NCBI GenBank assembly: GCA_963796055.1
Contig: CAWCKH010000004.1
Span: 3,552,001 to 3,616,000 of the forward strand
DNA length: 64,000 bases
Source of the DNA: an uncultured delta proteobacterium
Lineage (GTDB): Bacteria > Myxococcota > Myxococcia > Myxococcales > Myxococcaceae
Direction of reading: 5' to 3'
The notes beneath the pieces were generated by a model, which was given only the letters and a program-made list of their open reading frames with translations, made no database searches and was not told where the DNA came from. Position 1 is the stretch's first letter, and every line of letters starts with the position of its first letter. The position numbers and the translations under genes are program-made. Of the stretch, positions 1-10,138 are shown one piece after another.

Positions 1-582
1 GGCTTCTCCATCGGCGGCGGGCACGTGCCGCACGCCATCCGCCGCAACGTGGACCTCACCTATCTGGTCATGGACAACCAGGTGTACGGGCTCACCAAGG
101 GACAGCTTTCGCCCACCTCGGCGCGCGGGCTGAAGACGGTCACCTCGCCCTACGGCAGCTTCGAGCAGCCGATCAACCCCTTGCTCACGGTGCTGGCCTA
201 CGGCGCGGGCTTCGTGGCCCAGGCCACGCCGGCGGACATGCCGGGCATGACCGCGCTCATCGAGGAGGCGATCCGCTACCCCGGGTTCTCCTTCGTGAAC
301 ATCCAGTCGCCCTGCGTGACGTTCGGGGAGGAGGAGCAGCAGCTCCGCGCCCACAAGGCCAGGATGAAGCCGCTGGCCAGCCTGGGGCACGACCCGGCAA
401 ACCAGCTCGCCGCGCTCGACCTGGCCCGGGCCTACGGAGAGGAGCTGTACACCGGAGTCTTCTACCGGAACCCCCGACCCCCGCCGACCTACGACGCGCT
501 GGTGCGGCAGCGACAGGTCGAGCTCCAGCGGGGTGAGCCCAGACCTCGGGCGCGGGTGCTCGAGGCCTATCTCAAGACGTGA
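1..582 (+). CDS. korB: 2-oxoacid:ferredoxin oxidoreductase beta subunit (5'-truncated by window edge)
   Basis: Frame open from base 1: GFSIGGGHVPHAIRRN...MDNQVYGLTKGQLSPT, the TPP-binding motif of OFOR beta; also NIQSPCVTF. Confidence 0.9.
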   Translation, partial: GFSIGGGHVPHAIRRNVDLTYLVMDNQVYGLTKGQLSPTSARGLKTVTSPYGSFEQPINPLLTVLAYGAGFVAQATPADMPGMTALIEEAIRYPGFSFVNIQSPCVTFGEEEQQLRAHKARMKPLASLGHDPANQLAALDLARAYGEELYTGVFYRNPRPPPTYDALVRQRQVELQRGEPRPRARVLEAYLKT

Positions 583-592
583 GGAGGGCACC

Positions 593-1117
593 ATGGGTCC
601 CATCGTTGGCATCGACTTCGAGCGGATGACGCTCCGGGACGCCCTCGACCTGGCGGTGCTGATCGAGGAGGAGGCGGCCGATCGCTACCGGGAGTTCGCC
701 GAGCAGCTCGCCACCCACGACACCCCCGAGGTAGCCGCCTTCTTCGCCCGGATGGCGCGCATCGAGGACCACCACCGCAGCGAGCTGCTGCAGCGGCGAC
801 GGACGATGTTCGGCGACGCGCCGTCGACGGTGCAGCGGCGGCAGATCTTCGACGTGGAGGCGCCGGCCTACGACGAGGCCCGGGCCTTCATGGGGGTTCG
901 CCAGGCGCTGGAGACCGTGCTCGCCGCGGAGGTCAAGGCCCACGACTTCTTCGACGAGGCGCTGCCCCGCGTCAAGGACCCCGAGTTGCGGGCCCTCTTC
1001 AAGCAGCTCCGGGATGAGGAGGTACACCACCAGTCCCTGGTGAAGGCCGAGCTGGCGCGTTGCCCGGAGAAGTCGGACGATTCGGAGGCCTATGCGGACG
1101 ACCCGAACGCGCAGTAG
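593..1117 (+). CDS. Rubrerythrin/ferritin-like di-iron protein
   Basis: GAGGAGG RBS before ATG 593; two E..Y/F + ExxH repeats ([13 protein letters not shown] and [14 protein letters not shown]). Confidence 0.85.
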   Translation: MGPIVGIDFERMTLRDALDLAVLIEEEAADRYREFAEQLATHDTPEVAAFFARMARIEDHHRSELLQRRRTMFGDAPSTVQRRQIFDVEAPAYDEARAFMGVRQALETVLAAEVKAHDFFDEALPRVKDPELRALFKQLRDEEVHHQSLVKAELARCPEKSDDSEAYADDPNAQ

Positions 1118-1141
1118 GACGTTCCCCTCGGGAGCACATTC

Positions 1142-1501
1142 ATGACCCAGGGCCTCGCCCTCCTCGCTTTCCTCGTCGTCTCCTTCCTCGCCGTGGGCAG
1201 CCTGCTCGTCTTGGCGCGGCTGCTCCGGGTGCACGCCCGCGTCGACAGCCCGCTGAAGCGCGAGACCTACGAGTGCGGCGAGACGCCCCGGGGCATGGCC
1301 TGGGTGCGCTTCCACGCCCGCTACTACGTGGTGGCGCTGTTCTTCGTCCTCTTCGACATCGAGGCGGCGCTCATCCTCCCCTGGGGCACCATCGTCCGGG
1401 AGGTGGGGACCACGGGGCTGGTCGCGGTGGGCACGTTCGTCGGGGTGCTGATGCTCGGCTGGGCCTGGGCGATCCGGAAGGGGGCGCTGGAGTGGGTGTG
1501 A
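1142..1501 (+). CDS. nuoA: NADH-quinone oxidoreductase subunit A
   Basis: YECGE...[15 protein letters not shown]...KGALEW motifs. Confidence 0.95.
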   Translation: MTQGLALLAFLVVSFLAVGSLLVLARLLRVHARVDSPLKRETYECGETPRGMAWVRFHARYYVVALFFVLFDIEAALILPWGTIVREVGTTGLVAVGTFVGVLMLGWAWAIRKGALEWV

Positions 1502-2682
1502 GGACGGTCGACGACGGGGCGGCGTTCGAGCACCCGCTCTACAAGACGCTGCTCAGCGTGCCAGGGCTGACGGTGGCCACCACCGCGCTGGACCAGGTGC
1601 TCACCTGGGGGATGAGTAACGCGCTCTGGGTGTTCCCCATGGCCACCAGCTGCTGCGGCATCGAGTTCATGGCCACCGCCGCGAGCCGGGTGGACATCGA
1701 CCGGATGGGGACCATCGTCCGGGCCACCCCGCGGCAAGCGGACGTGATGGTGGTGGCCGGGACCATCACCGTGAAGATGGCGTCGCGGGTGAAGAAGCTC
1801 TGGGACCAGATGCCCGAGCCCAAGTGGTGCATCGCCATGGGCTCCTGCGCCATCTCCGGCGACTTCTACCGGAACCTCTACTCGGTGGTTCCGGGCGTGG
1901 ACACGTTCCTTCCCGTCGACGTCTACGTGCCGGGCTGTCCGCCGAACCCGGAGGCCCTGATGCACGGGTTTCTCCGGCTGCAAGAGAAGATCCGCAAGAG
2001 CCGCAAGGGCGAGACCGTCACGCCCGAGACCAACTCGGAGCTGCTCCGCGTCACGCGCCCGTCCATCCCGCGGATGGTCGACCACGAGCGGACCCCCGAG
2101 ATGGACCGCGCGCAGATCGAGTCGGCGGACATTGCCACCGAGGTGGAGGTCACCCCGGCGGTCCACGCCTCGCTCGCGCCCGAGCCCACGGAGCTCGCCT
2201 CCAATATCTCCGGTCCGGACCTGCCGGCGGTGCTCACCGAGCTGGGTATCGCGGCGACGGGCGAGCTCGGCCCTCCGCTCGTCCCGGCGCGGCGGCACCT
2301 CGAGGTCGCGAGCCGGCTCAAGTCCCGCGGGTACCGGCAGCTGGTGTCGGTGGTGGCGACGCACTGGGTGGCGGGCACGGCCCGGAAGGGGAAGGTCCCG
2401 GACGAGCCCGAGCACTTCGAGGTCAGCTATCTGCTCCGGACGGTGGGGGCCGGCTCGCGGGTGGCAACGTGGGCGGTCCGGCTCGCGCCGGGTGAGCCCG
2501 TCTCGTCGCTGTTCCAGCTCTTCGCAGGGGCGGACTGGCAGGAGCGCGAGCAGTACGACCTGGTCGGCGTGGTGTTCGCCGACCACCCGGACCTCCGCCG
2601 GCTGATGATGCCGGAGAACTACGATCGCCATCCCCTCCGGCGGGACCTGCCGGCCAATCTCCCGTACGCCCCCTGGAGATGA
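1498..2682 (+). CDS. nuoBC: Fused NADH-quinone oxidoreductase subunits B and C
   Basis: GTG overlaps the nuoA stop. N-terminal half has TSCCGIE, TPRQAD, GSCA, PGCPP (N2 cluster); C-terminal half has [28 protein letters not shown]...HPLRRD (NuoC). Confidence 0.9.
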   Translation: MRTVDDGAAFEHPLYKTLLSVPGLTVATTALDQVLTWGMSNALWVFPMATSCCGIEFMATAASRVDIDRMGTIVRATPRQADVMVVAGTITVKMASRVKKLWDQMPEPKWCIAMGSCAISGDFYRNLYSVVPGVDTFLPVDVYVPGCPPNPEALMHGFLRLQEKIRKSRKGETVTPETNSELLRVTRPSIPRMVDHERTPEMDRAQIESADIATEVEVTPAVHASLAPEPTELASNISGPDLPAVLTELGIAATGELGPPLVPARRHLEVASRLKSRGYRQLVSVVATHWVAGTARKGKVPDEPEHFEVSYLLRTVGAGSRVATWAVRLAPGEPVSSLFQLFAGADWQEREQYDLVGVVFADHPDLRRLMMPENYDRHPLRRDLPANLPYAPWR

Positions 2683-3869
2683 CCGCGTTGCAGACGGTGC
2701 AGATCACCCGGCGGGTCGACCCGCACCTCTCCATCGACCGGTACGACCCCGAGGGGGAGCTGATGCTCCTGCACTTCGGGCCGCAGCACCCGTCCACGCA
2801 CGGCGTGTTCCGGATGGACCTCTACCTGGACGGGGAGAAGGTGGTGAAGGTGATTCCGCACGTGGGCTACCTCCACCGGGCGGTGGAGAAGCTCTGCGAG
2901 ACTCTGGCCTACGTGCAGATCACCCCCATCGTCGACAAGAACGACTACGTCGCGCCGATGACCAACGAGCAGGCCCTGAACATGGCCTTCGAGGCGGCGC
3001 TCAAGCTCGAGGTGCCGCGCCGGGCGCGGTGGATGCGGACCCTCTTCGCCGAGCTCCAGCGCATCGCCTCGCACCTGCTCTGGCTCGGGACCTTCGCCCT
3101 GGACCTGGGGGGCGCCCTGGGCGGCGGGTCGACGGTGTTTATCCACTGCTTCCGCGAGCGCGAGCTGGTGCTGGACCTCTTCGAGGAGGTCACCGGGGCG
3201 CGGTTCCACTACAACACCCACACCATCGGCGGGAACCGGCACGACCTGCCCGCGGGCTGGAGCGCGAAGGTGCACGCCGCGCTGGACGTCATCGGCCCCC
3301 GGCTCGACGAGTACGAGGCCATGACGCTGGAGAACCGCATCTTCCTCGACCGGACGGTGGGAGTGGGGAAGCTGGACGCGGAGCTGGCGCTCGAGCTGGG
3401 CATCACCGGCCCCATCCTCCGTGCCTGCGGGGTGGACCACGACCTCCGCCGCGACGCTCCCTTCCACGCCTACGACGAAGTGAAGGTGAACGTGGTGACC
3501 GCGCAGGGCGGGGACTGCCTGGCCCGCGCCCAGGTGCGGCTGGGCGAGATGCGCGAGAGCGTCCGCCTGGTGCGCGAGATGGTGGATTCGGTGCCCGAGG
3601 GCAGCATCAACTCCGGCAAGCCGGTGAAGCTCCCGGTGCAGACCAAGATTCCACCGGGTCAGGTCTACGTGGCGATCGAGACCCCGCGGGGCGAGCTCGG
3701 CACCTACTTGGTCTCGGACGGCACGCAGTTCCCGTACCGCCTGAAGATCCGCCCGCCGAGCCTGCACGCGCTCTCCGCGCTGCCGTACATCATCCCCGGG
3801 GGCACGGTGAGCGACGCGGTGGCGATCCTCGGCTCGGTGGACCCGATCATGGGCGAGGTGGACCGGTGA
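2679..3869 (+). CDS. nuoD: NADH-quinone oxidoreductase subunit D
   Basis: [27 protein letters not shown] and C-terminal GEVDR; no NiFe CxxC pairs. Confidence 0.95.
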   Translation: MTALQTVQITRRVDPHLSIDRYDPEGELMLLHFGPQHPSTHGVFRMDLYLDGEKVVKVIPHVGYLHRAVEKLCETLAYVQITPIVDKNDYVAPMTNEQALNMAFEAALKLEVPRRARWMRTLFAELQRIASHLLWLGTFALDLGGALGGGSTVFIHCFRERELVLDLFEEVTGARFHYNTHTIGGNRHDLPAGWSAKVHAALDVIGPRLDEYEAMTLENRIFLDRTVGVGKLDAELALELGITGPILRACGVDHDLRRDAPFHAYDEVKVNVVTAQGGDCLARAQVRLGEMRESVRLVREMVDSVPEGSINSGKPVKLPVQTKIPPGQVYVAIETPRGELGTYLVSDGTQFPYRLKIRPPSLHALSALPYIIPGGTVSDAVAILGSVDPIMGEVDR

Positions 3870-4837
3870 ACGAGGGGCTCCTGCACGGAGCGGTGTACTC
3901 GGTGCTCATCGTCACGGTGGTGCTCACGGCGACGGCGATGGCCCTCTGGTTCGAGCGGAAGTTCGCCGCCCGGCTCCAGACCCGGCTGGGCCCGACCATC
4001 GTGGGGCCCATCGGGCTGCTGCAGCCGGTGGCAGATCTCCTGAAGCTCCTCCAGAAGGAGGACATCGTCCCGGACAACGCGGATGCAGCCATCTTCAACC
4101 TGGTGCCTCCGCTGGCTGCCCTGGCCGCGCTCGGCGCCGCCGCGGTGGTGCCGTTCTCGCCGTCGGTGGTGGCCTCGGACCTGGACGTGGGCGTGCTCTA
4201 CGTCCTCGCCATCGGGGCGGTGACCGTGCTCCCGATCTTCGGGGCGGGGTGGTCGAGCAACAACAAGCTCGCGCTGCTCGGCGGGATGAGGGCCGTTGCC
4301 CAGTCCATCTCCTACGAGGTGCCGCTGCTTCTCTCCGCCATGGTGCCAGTCATCCTCTCCGGGTCGCTGCGGCTGGGCACCATCGTCCAGATGCAGGCCG
4401 ACCACCACTGGTTCGTGGTCTGGCCCTTCTTCATCGGCTTGCCGGCCTTCGGGATCTTCATGCTGGCCATGCTGGCCGAGGCGAACCGCATCCCCTTCGA
4501 CATCCCGGAGGCGGAGAGCGAGCTCGTGGCCGGCGTCACCACCGAGTACACCGGAATGAAGTTCGCGCTGTTCTACATGGCCGAATACATCCACACGATC
4601 GTGGCCTCGGCGGTGGGGGCGGCGCTCTTCCTCGGCGGCTGGGACGGGCCGTTCTTCCCGGGTCTGCACTGGATGGTGCTGAAGACGCTGCTCCTCTTCA
4701 CCGCGGTGTACTGGATCCGCTGGACGCTCCTCCGCTTCCGGTCGGATCAGCTGATGGGACTGTGCTGGAAGTGGCTGGTGCCGATGGGCGTGCTCCTGGT
4801 GGGTGCGGCCGCGACCTGGGTGGTGGTGTTCCCGTGA
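3866..4837 (+). CDS. nuoH: NADH-quinone oxidoreductase subunit H
   Basis: ERKFAARLQTRLGP, GLLQPVADLLKLLQKED, RIPFDIPEAESELVAG; GTG overlaps the nuoD stop. Confidence 0.95.
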   Translation: MNEGLLHGAVYSVLIVTVVLTATAMALWFERKFAARLQTRLGPTIVGPIGLLQPVADLLKLLQKEDIVPDNADAAIFNLVPPLAALAALGAAAVVPFSPSVVASDLDVGVLYVLAIGAVTVLPIFGAGWSSNNKLALLGGMRAVAQSISYEVPLLLSAMVPVILSGSLRLGTIVQMQADHHWFVVWPFFIGLPAFGIFMLAMLAEANRIPFDIPEAESELVAGVTTEYTGMKFALFYMAEYIHTIVASAVGAALFLGGWDGPFFPGLHWMVLKTLLLFTAVYWIRWTLLRFRSDQLMGLCWKWLVPMGVLLVGAAATWVVVFP

Positions 4838-5955
4838 AGGACTACCTGACGACGGCGGTCCGGGCGCTGGCCACCAGCTTCACCAACTTCTTCCGCCGTT
4901 CGGTCACGGTGGAGTTCCCCGATGTCATCCGACCGCGCGCCGAGCGCTACCGGGCGAGCTTCGCCCTGCTCCACGAGGAGGACGGGGACGAGGCATGCAT
5001 CGGGTGCCTGCAGTGCGAGCGCATCTGCCCCTCGGAGGTCATCTCCATCAAGGCGGGCGGCAAGCGCGAGTCACCCATCACCGGGAAGAAGCGCGGGTAC
5101 GCCGACGACTTCGTGCTCGACCTGAACGCCTGCATCTACTGCGAGCTGTGCGTCCAGGTCTGCCCGACGGACGCGATCGTGATGACCCGTGAGCCAGAGC
5201 TGCCCGCGTTCGGGCGCGAGGACCTGGTACTGACGATGGCCAAGCTCTATGCCAACGAGAAGTCGAAGCAGCGGGCGTGGGGCGATGCGACTCGGCTGAA
5301 CGCGATGCAGACGCCGCCGAAGCCTCCGAAGGCCGCGACCCCCGCGGCGGGGAGCGCGGCTCCAACAGCGGGCGCTCAGCCGGCGGCTTCGAGCGCTCGT
5401 GCTGCCGCTCCGGCCGCGGCGAGTCCGGCCGCAGCGAGCTCATCGACTGCACCCGCCGGTGCCCCCGCTCCGGCTCCCGCGGCGAGTCCGGCCGCGTCGG
5501 GCACAGCGAGCGCACCCGTCGGTGCCCGGCCTCCGGCTGCCGCGGCGAGTCCGGCCGCAGCGAGCTCATCTACTGCCCCTGCCGCTGCTCGCGCTCCGGC
5601 TGCCGCGGCGAGTTCGGCAGCATCTGGCTCGCCGAGCGCACCCGTCGCTGCCCCCGCTCCGGCTGCCGCGGCGAGTCCGGCCGCATCGGGCAGCCCGAGC
5701 GCACCCGTCGCTGCCCCCGCTCCGGCGGCCGCGGCGAGTCCGGCCGCATCGGGCCCGTCGGCCGCCTCTGGTGCTCCTGCCTCGGCCGAGGCAGCCACTC
5801 CGCCGGTGCCTGTGGTGCCCCTGCCAGCGCCGGCCCCGGCATCCGCGCCGTCCAGCCAGGGTGCGTCTGCCGAGACCGGCGAGACCCGTCCGGTGGCTTC
5901 GACCGCCGAGCGAGGTTCCACGCCGCCGGGCTCGAGCGGGGAGGGCACGCCGTGA
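4834..5955 (+). CDS. nuoI: NADH-quinone oxidoreductase subunit I with long Ala/Pro/Ser-rich C-terminal tail
   Basis: CIGCLQCERICP and CIYCELCVQVCP (two [4Fe-4S] motifs), followed by a ~200-aa low-complexity tail. Confidence 0.9.
   Translation: MKDYLTTAVRALATSFTNFFRRSVTVEFPDVIRPRAERYRASFALLHEEDGDEACIGCLQCERICPSEVISIKAGGKRESPITGKKRGYADDFVLDLNACIYCELCVQVCPTDAIVMTREPELPAFGREDLVLTMAKLYANEKSKQRAWGDATRLNAMQTPPKPPKAATPAAGSAAPTAGAQPAASSARAAAPAAASPAAASSSTAPAGAPAPAPAASPAASGTASAPVGARPPAAAASPAAASSSTAPAAARAPAAAASSAASGSPSAPVAAPAPAAAASPAASGSPSAPVAAPAPAAAASPAASGPSAASGAPASAEAATPPVPVVPLPAPAPASAPSSQGASAETGETRPVASTAERGSTPPGSSGEGTP
5405..5770 (+). repeat. Six imperfect 63-bp (21-aa) tandem repeats within nuoI
   Basis: Core GCGGCGAGT starts at 5416, 5479, 5542, 5605, 5668 and 5731 (period 63); encodes APAAAASPAAS-type units. 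Confidence 0.9.
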
Positions 5956-6503
5956 CGGCCGAGCTGGGCTTCGGTGTGTTCGCATTCCTCCTGGTGGGCT
6001 TTCCCGCCCTCCGGGTGGTGACCAGCCGGGACCTGGTCAGGGCGGTCCTCTGGCTCGCGGTGACGCTGCTCGGCACCGCGGTGCTGTATGCGCTGCTGCA
6101 CGCCCCCTTTCTCGCCGGCGTCCAGGTACTCACCTATGTGGGCGGGGTGGTGACGCTGATGGTGTTCGGGGTGATGGTGACCCACAAGCACGACGGGACG
6201 ACCGTCGCCATCGACGGCGCCAACCGCGTCCGGGGTGCGCTGGCGGCCCTGGCCTTCTTCGGCGTGGTGGCCTTCGCCATCGTCCGGACCGACCTCTCGT
6301 CGCTCACCCCGGTGGAGACGCCGTCCACCCAGGAGCTCGCGATGGCTCTGCTGGATCGCTACCTGATCGCCTTCGAGGTCGCCTCGGTCCTGCTCCTCGC
6401 CGCCATCATCAGCGCGGTGGTGCTCGCCCGCCGCCGCGACCCTCTGCCCGAGGGGACCGAGCCTGCCGACGGAGCCAGGCTCCAGGAAGGGAGCGTGCCG
6501 TGA
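5952..6503 (+). CDS. nuoJ: NADH-quinone oxidoreductase subunit J
   Basis: APFLAGVQVLTYVGGVVTLMVFGVM, YLIAFEVASVLLLAA. Confidence 0.93.
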   Translation: MTAELGFGVFAFLLVGFPALRVVTSRDLVRAVLWLAVTLLGTAVLYALLHAPFLAGVQVLTYVGGVVTLMVFGVMVTHKHDGTTVAIDGANRVRGALAALAFFGVVAFAIVRTDLSSLTPVETPSTQELAMALLDRYLIAFEVASVLLLAAIISAVVLARRRDPLPEGTEPADGARLQEGSVP

Positions 6504-6796
6504 CGCTCCGCGCGCTCCTCCTGGTGGCGACCGCACTCTTCAGCATCGGCATCTACGGCCTGGTCACCCGGCGCCAGGCGGTGGCCCTGCTCCTCTCCAT
6601 CGAGGTGATGGCCAACGCCGCAAATCTGGTGTTCGTCGCCTTCGCCCGGTACGGCGGCGCGCCGGGCCATCCGCTGGTGCTCTTCGCCCTGGCAATCACC
6701 GTGGCCGAGGTCGCGGTCGGTCTCGCCCTGGTGCTGCTCTTCTACCGCCGGCACGGGGACACCTTGCTGGAGATGGCCAGCGAGGCGAAGGGATGA
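6500..6796 (+). CDS. nuoK: NADH-quinone oxidoreductase subunit K
   Basis: LFSIGIYG...IEVMANAANL...VAEVAVGLAL. Confidence 0.93.
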   Translation: MTLRALLLVATALFSIGIYGLVTRRQAVALLLSIEVMANAANLVFVAFARYGGAPGHPLVLFALAITVAEVAVGLALVLLFYRRHGDTLLEMASEAKG

Positions 6797-8592
6797 GTTC
6801 CTCCGTCGTCCTGGCCCTGGTGACGCTCGTCGCTCCCCTAGGCGCGGCGCTCCTCTCGGTGGTCATCCCCCCGCTGCGCCACCGCGGCGCCCCCGCCGCG
6901 ATGCTCACCATCGTCAGCAGCCTGCTGGCCACCGGCGCGGCGGCGATGCTCTTGACCCAGGACCTGGCGGGCCGTGCCATCCGCGCCACGGTGCCCTGGA
7001 TGGTGCTGCAGGGCCGCGGACTGGGCCAGGTGGGCGTCCGACTCGATGCGGTCTCCGTCCCGATGCTGGCGGTGGTGTGCCTGGTCGCGCTGGCGGTCCA
7101 GGTCTACTCGATCGCCTACATGCACGACGAGACGCCGCGCTCGTACGGGCGGTACTTCGCCTACCACGCCCTCTTCCTCTTCAGCATGAACACCCTGGTC
7201 CTGGCGCCGGACCTGCTCCAGGCGTTCGCCGGGTGGGAGCTGGTCGGCCTGGTCAGCTACCTCCTCATCGGTTTCCACTTCGACCGCCCCAGCGCGGCGC
7301 GGGCGGCGGTGAAGGCGTTCTGGATGACCAAGCTCGCGGACATGGGCTTCCTGTTCGCGCTCCTGCTCCTCTTCACCCGCACCGGCGCGTTCTCCTGGGA
7401 CGTGGCGCTCCGCCCCGAGGTGGCCGAGGCGACCGCGGCGCTGATCTTCCTGGCGGTGATGGGCAAGTCGGCCCAGTTCCCGCTCCACGTGTGGCTCCCC
7501 GACGCGATGGAGGGTCCCACCCCGGTGTCCGCCCTGCTCCACGCAGCCACGATGGTCGCCGCCGGCGTCTACCTGGTGGTCCGCGCGGATCCGCTCTTCG
7601 CCCAGGCGCACTGGGTCCAGGGCGGGATGCTCTGGGTGGGGACCATCACCGCGGTCTTCGCCGCGCTCCTCGGCCTGGTGCAGAACGACATCAAACGCGT
7701 GCTGGCGTACTCCACCTGCTCGCAGCTCGGCTTCATGGTCGCGGCGCTCGGCGCAGGCTCGGCCTTCGCCGGGTACTTCCACCTCGGAACGCACGCCTTC
7801 TTCAAGGCACTGCTCTTCCTCGGCGCGGGCAGCGTCATCCACGCCGTTCACTCCAACGACGTGAGCGACATGGGCGGTCTCGCTCGAAAGATGCCGGTGA
7901 CCGCCATCACCTTCGCCGCCGGAGCGCTCTCACTCTCCGGCGTTCCCCCGTTCGCCGGCTTCGCCTCCAAGGACGCGATCCTCACCGCGGTGGAGGGAAG
8001 GGCAGGGTGGGTTCCTTGGGCGCTCCTGCTGGCCACGGCGTTCCTCACCGCCTTCTACATGGGGCGGGTGCTGGTGCTGACCTTCCTGGGCAAACCGTCC
8101 GCCGCCGCGGCCCATGCGCACGAGTCGCCCCCGGTGATGACTGGCCCGCTGCTCGCCCTCGCCATCCCCACCGTGGCCGGGGGGTTGCTCGGCCCGTGGC
8201 TCGCGCGCGGACTCGGCACCGAGATGCACCTCCACCTCGGTCTCACCCCGGTGCTGGCAAGCACGGCCGCGCTCGGCGGGCTCGCGCTCTCCGTGATGAT
8301 CTACGCGCGGGGAGGTGAGGCGCCGCTCGCCGGCACCATCGCCGCCCTGGACCGGCGCTCGATCATCGACCGGACCTGGGCCTTCGGCTACCGCGGGCTC
8401 CTGCTTCCGCTCGGGGGGGCGTTGCGCTGGGTGGACCGCTACCTCGTCGACGGGCTGATGAACGGGCTCGGCTTCGGGACCCTCGAGGCCGGGCAGGCGC
8501 TCCGTCCGATCCAGACCGGCCGCACCCGCGACTACGCCCTGGCGGTGGTGGTGGGGGCGGTGGTCCTCCTGATCCTCGGGACCTGGCGATGA
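6793..8592 (+). CDS. nuoL: NADH-quinone oxidoreductase subunit L
   Basis: GKSAQFPLHVWLPDAMEGPTPVSALLHAATMV, DIKRVLAYST, HAFFKALLFL. Confidence 0.95.
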   Translation: MSSSVVLALVTLVAPLGAALLSVVIPPLRHRGAPAAMLTIVSSLLATGAAAMLLTQDLAGRAIRATVPWMVLQGRGLGQVGVRLDAVSVPMLAVVCLVALAVQVYSIAYMHDETPRSYGRYFAYHALFLFSMNTLVLAPDLLQAFAGWELVGLVSYLLIGFHFDRPSAARAAVKAFWMTKLADMGFLFALLLLFTRTGAFSWDVALRPEVAEATAALIFLAVMGKSAQFPLHVWLPDAMEGPTPVSALLHAATMVAAGVYLVVRADPLFAQAHWVQGGMLWVGTITAVFAALLGLVQNDIKRVLAYSTCSQLGFMVAALGAGSAFAGYFHLGTHAFFKALLFLGAGSVIHAVHSNDVSDMGGLARKMPVTAITFAAGALSLSGVPPFAGFASKDAILTAVEGRAGWVPWALLLATAFLTAFYMGRVLVLTFLGKPSAAAAHAHESPPVMTGPLLALAIPTVAGGLLGPWLARGLGTEMHLHLGLTPVLASTAALGGLALSVMIYARGGEAPLAGTIAALDRRSIIDRTWAFGYRGLLLPLGGALRWVDRYLVDGLMNGLGFGTLEAGQALRPIQTGRTRDYALAVVVGAVVLLILGTWR

Positions 8593-10138
8593 GTGGCCAC
8601 CTCCTGCTGGCGATGGTTGGCTCGCCGGCGATCGCCGCCGCGGTGCTGCTGCTCGTCCCTGGCCGGATGCGACAGCTGGTGCGCTGGGTGTCGCTGGTCG
8701 GAGCGGGCGGTGGCCTCGTCGGCGCGGTGGCCGCCGCGCTGGCCTGGGACAAGGGCGTGGGCGGGTTCCAGCTGGCCGAGCGGTACCCGCTGGTGCCCTC
8801 GATGGGCATCTCCTTCTCGCTCGCCGCGGACGGCTGGAGCATCGCCCTGGTGCTCCTCACCGGCATCATCATCGTCACCGGCGTGCTCGCCAGCTGGACG
8901 GTGCAGCGGCGCGACAAGGAGTTCTTCGTCCTCCTGCTCACGCTGGTGACCGGCGTCTTCGGAGTCTTCGTCAGCCAGGACCTCTTCGTCTTCTTCCTCT
9001 TCTACGAGATCGCCGTCCTCCCCATGTACCTGCTGATCGGGATCTGGGGGAGCAGCCACCAAGTCCCGCCCCGGGGGCCATTCCGGATCGCCTGGAGGCG
9101 GTTCGCGGTGGGAAGCCGCGAGTACGCGGCAATGAAGCTCACCCTGATGCTCCTGGTGGGCTCGGCGGCCATCCTGGTGGCCATCCTCGGCCTCTGGTCG
9201 CGCGCCGGTGCCCGGACCTTCGACCTGGGCCAGCTCGCCGCGGTGCCCTTCCCGCGCTCGACGCAGATGTGGGTCTTCCCTCTGCTCTGGCTCGGCTTCG
9301 GGACGCTGGCGGGCGTGTTCCCCTTCCACACCTGGAGCCCGGACGGCCATGCCTCGGCGCCCACCGCGGTCAGCATGCTGCACGCCGGGGTGTTGATGAA
9401 GCTGGGCGCGTTCGGGGTGATGCGGGTGGGGATGGTGCTCGCGCCCGAGGCCGCGGTGACCTGGGCGCCGCTCGTCGGCGCGGTGGCGGTGGTGAACATC
9501 CTCTATGGCGCGCTCTGCGCCGCGGCCCAGGACGACCTCAAGTACATCGTGGCCTACTCCTCTGTGAGCCACATGGGCGTGGTGATGCTCGGCGCGGCCA
9601 CTCTCACTCCGGTGGGCTGGAACGGGGCGGTGTTCCAGATGTTCGCCCACGGGATCATGACCGGCCTGTTCTTCGCCCTGGTCGGCCTGGTCTACGAGCG
9701 GGCGCACACCCGAGATCTCGCAAAGATGGGCGGGTTCGCCCACGCGATGCCGGCGATCGCCGTCTTCTTCACCCTCGGCGCGCTCTCCTCGCTGGGGCTC
9801 CCCGGGACCGCTGGCTTCGTCGCCGAGTTCCTGGTCTTCCTCGGAGCGGCGACGGGGCGGAGCTCCTGGTGGACCGTTCCCGCCGTGCTCGGCGCCTTCG
9901 TGACCGCGGTCTACGTGCTCCGGGCCTCGAAGATCATCTTCTGGGGTCCCCGGCCCGCAGGGCGGACGTGTCCCACCTGTCCGACCCGCGGCGCACCGAG
10001 TGGGCGGCGCCGGTGGTCCTCTGCGCCTGCCTGGTGGTGTTCGGCTTCTGGCCGCGGCTACTCCTCGACGTCATCGACGCCACCACCTCGGGCTACCTCA
10101 ACCGCGTGGCCCTGGTGGCGGAGGCGCTCCGCCGATGA
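8589..10138 (+). CDS. nuoM: NADH-quinone oxidoreductase subunit M, apparent 1-nt frameshift near 9960
   Basis: FPFHTWSPDGH, LKYIVAYSSVSHMG, GLPGTAGFVAEF. The NuoM C-terminus (LSDPRRTEWAAPVVL...GFWPRLLLD) lies in another frame and ends at 10138, overlapping the nuoN ATG. Confidence 0.88.

Noticed and set aside
2679..3869. Group 4 NiFe-hydrogenase large subunit
   Set aside because: Lacks both CxxC Ni-binding motifs and has NuoD signatures.
5405..5770. Possible CRISPR array (regular 63-bp period)
   Set aside because: Units are degenerate, in-frame coding repeats without unique spacers, and no cas genes are present.
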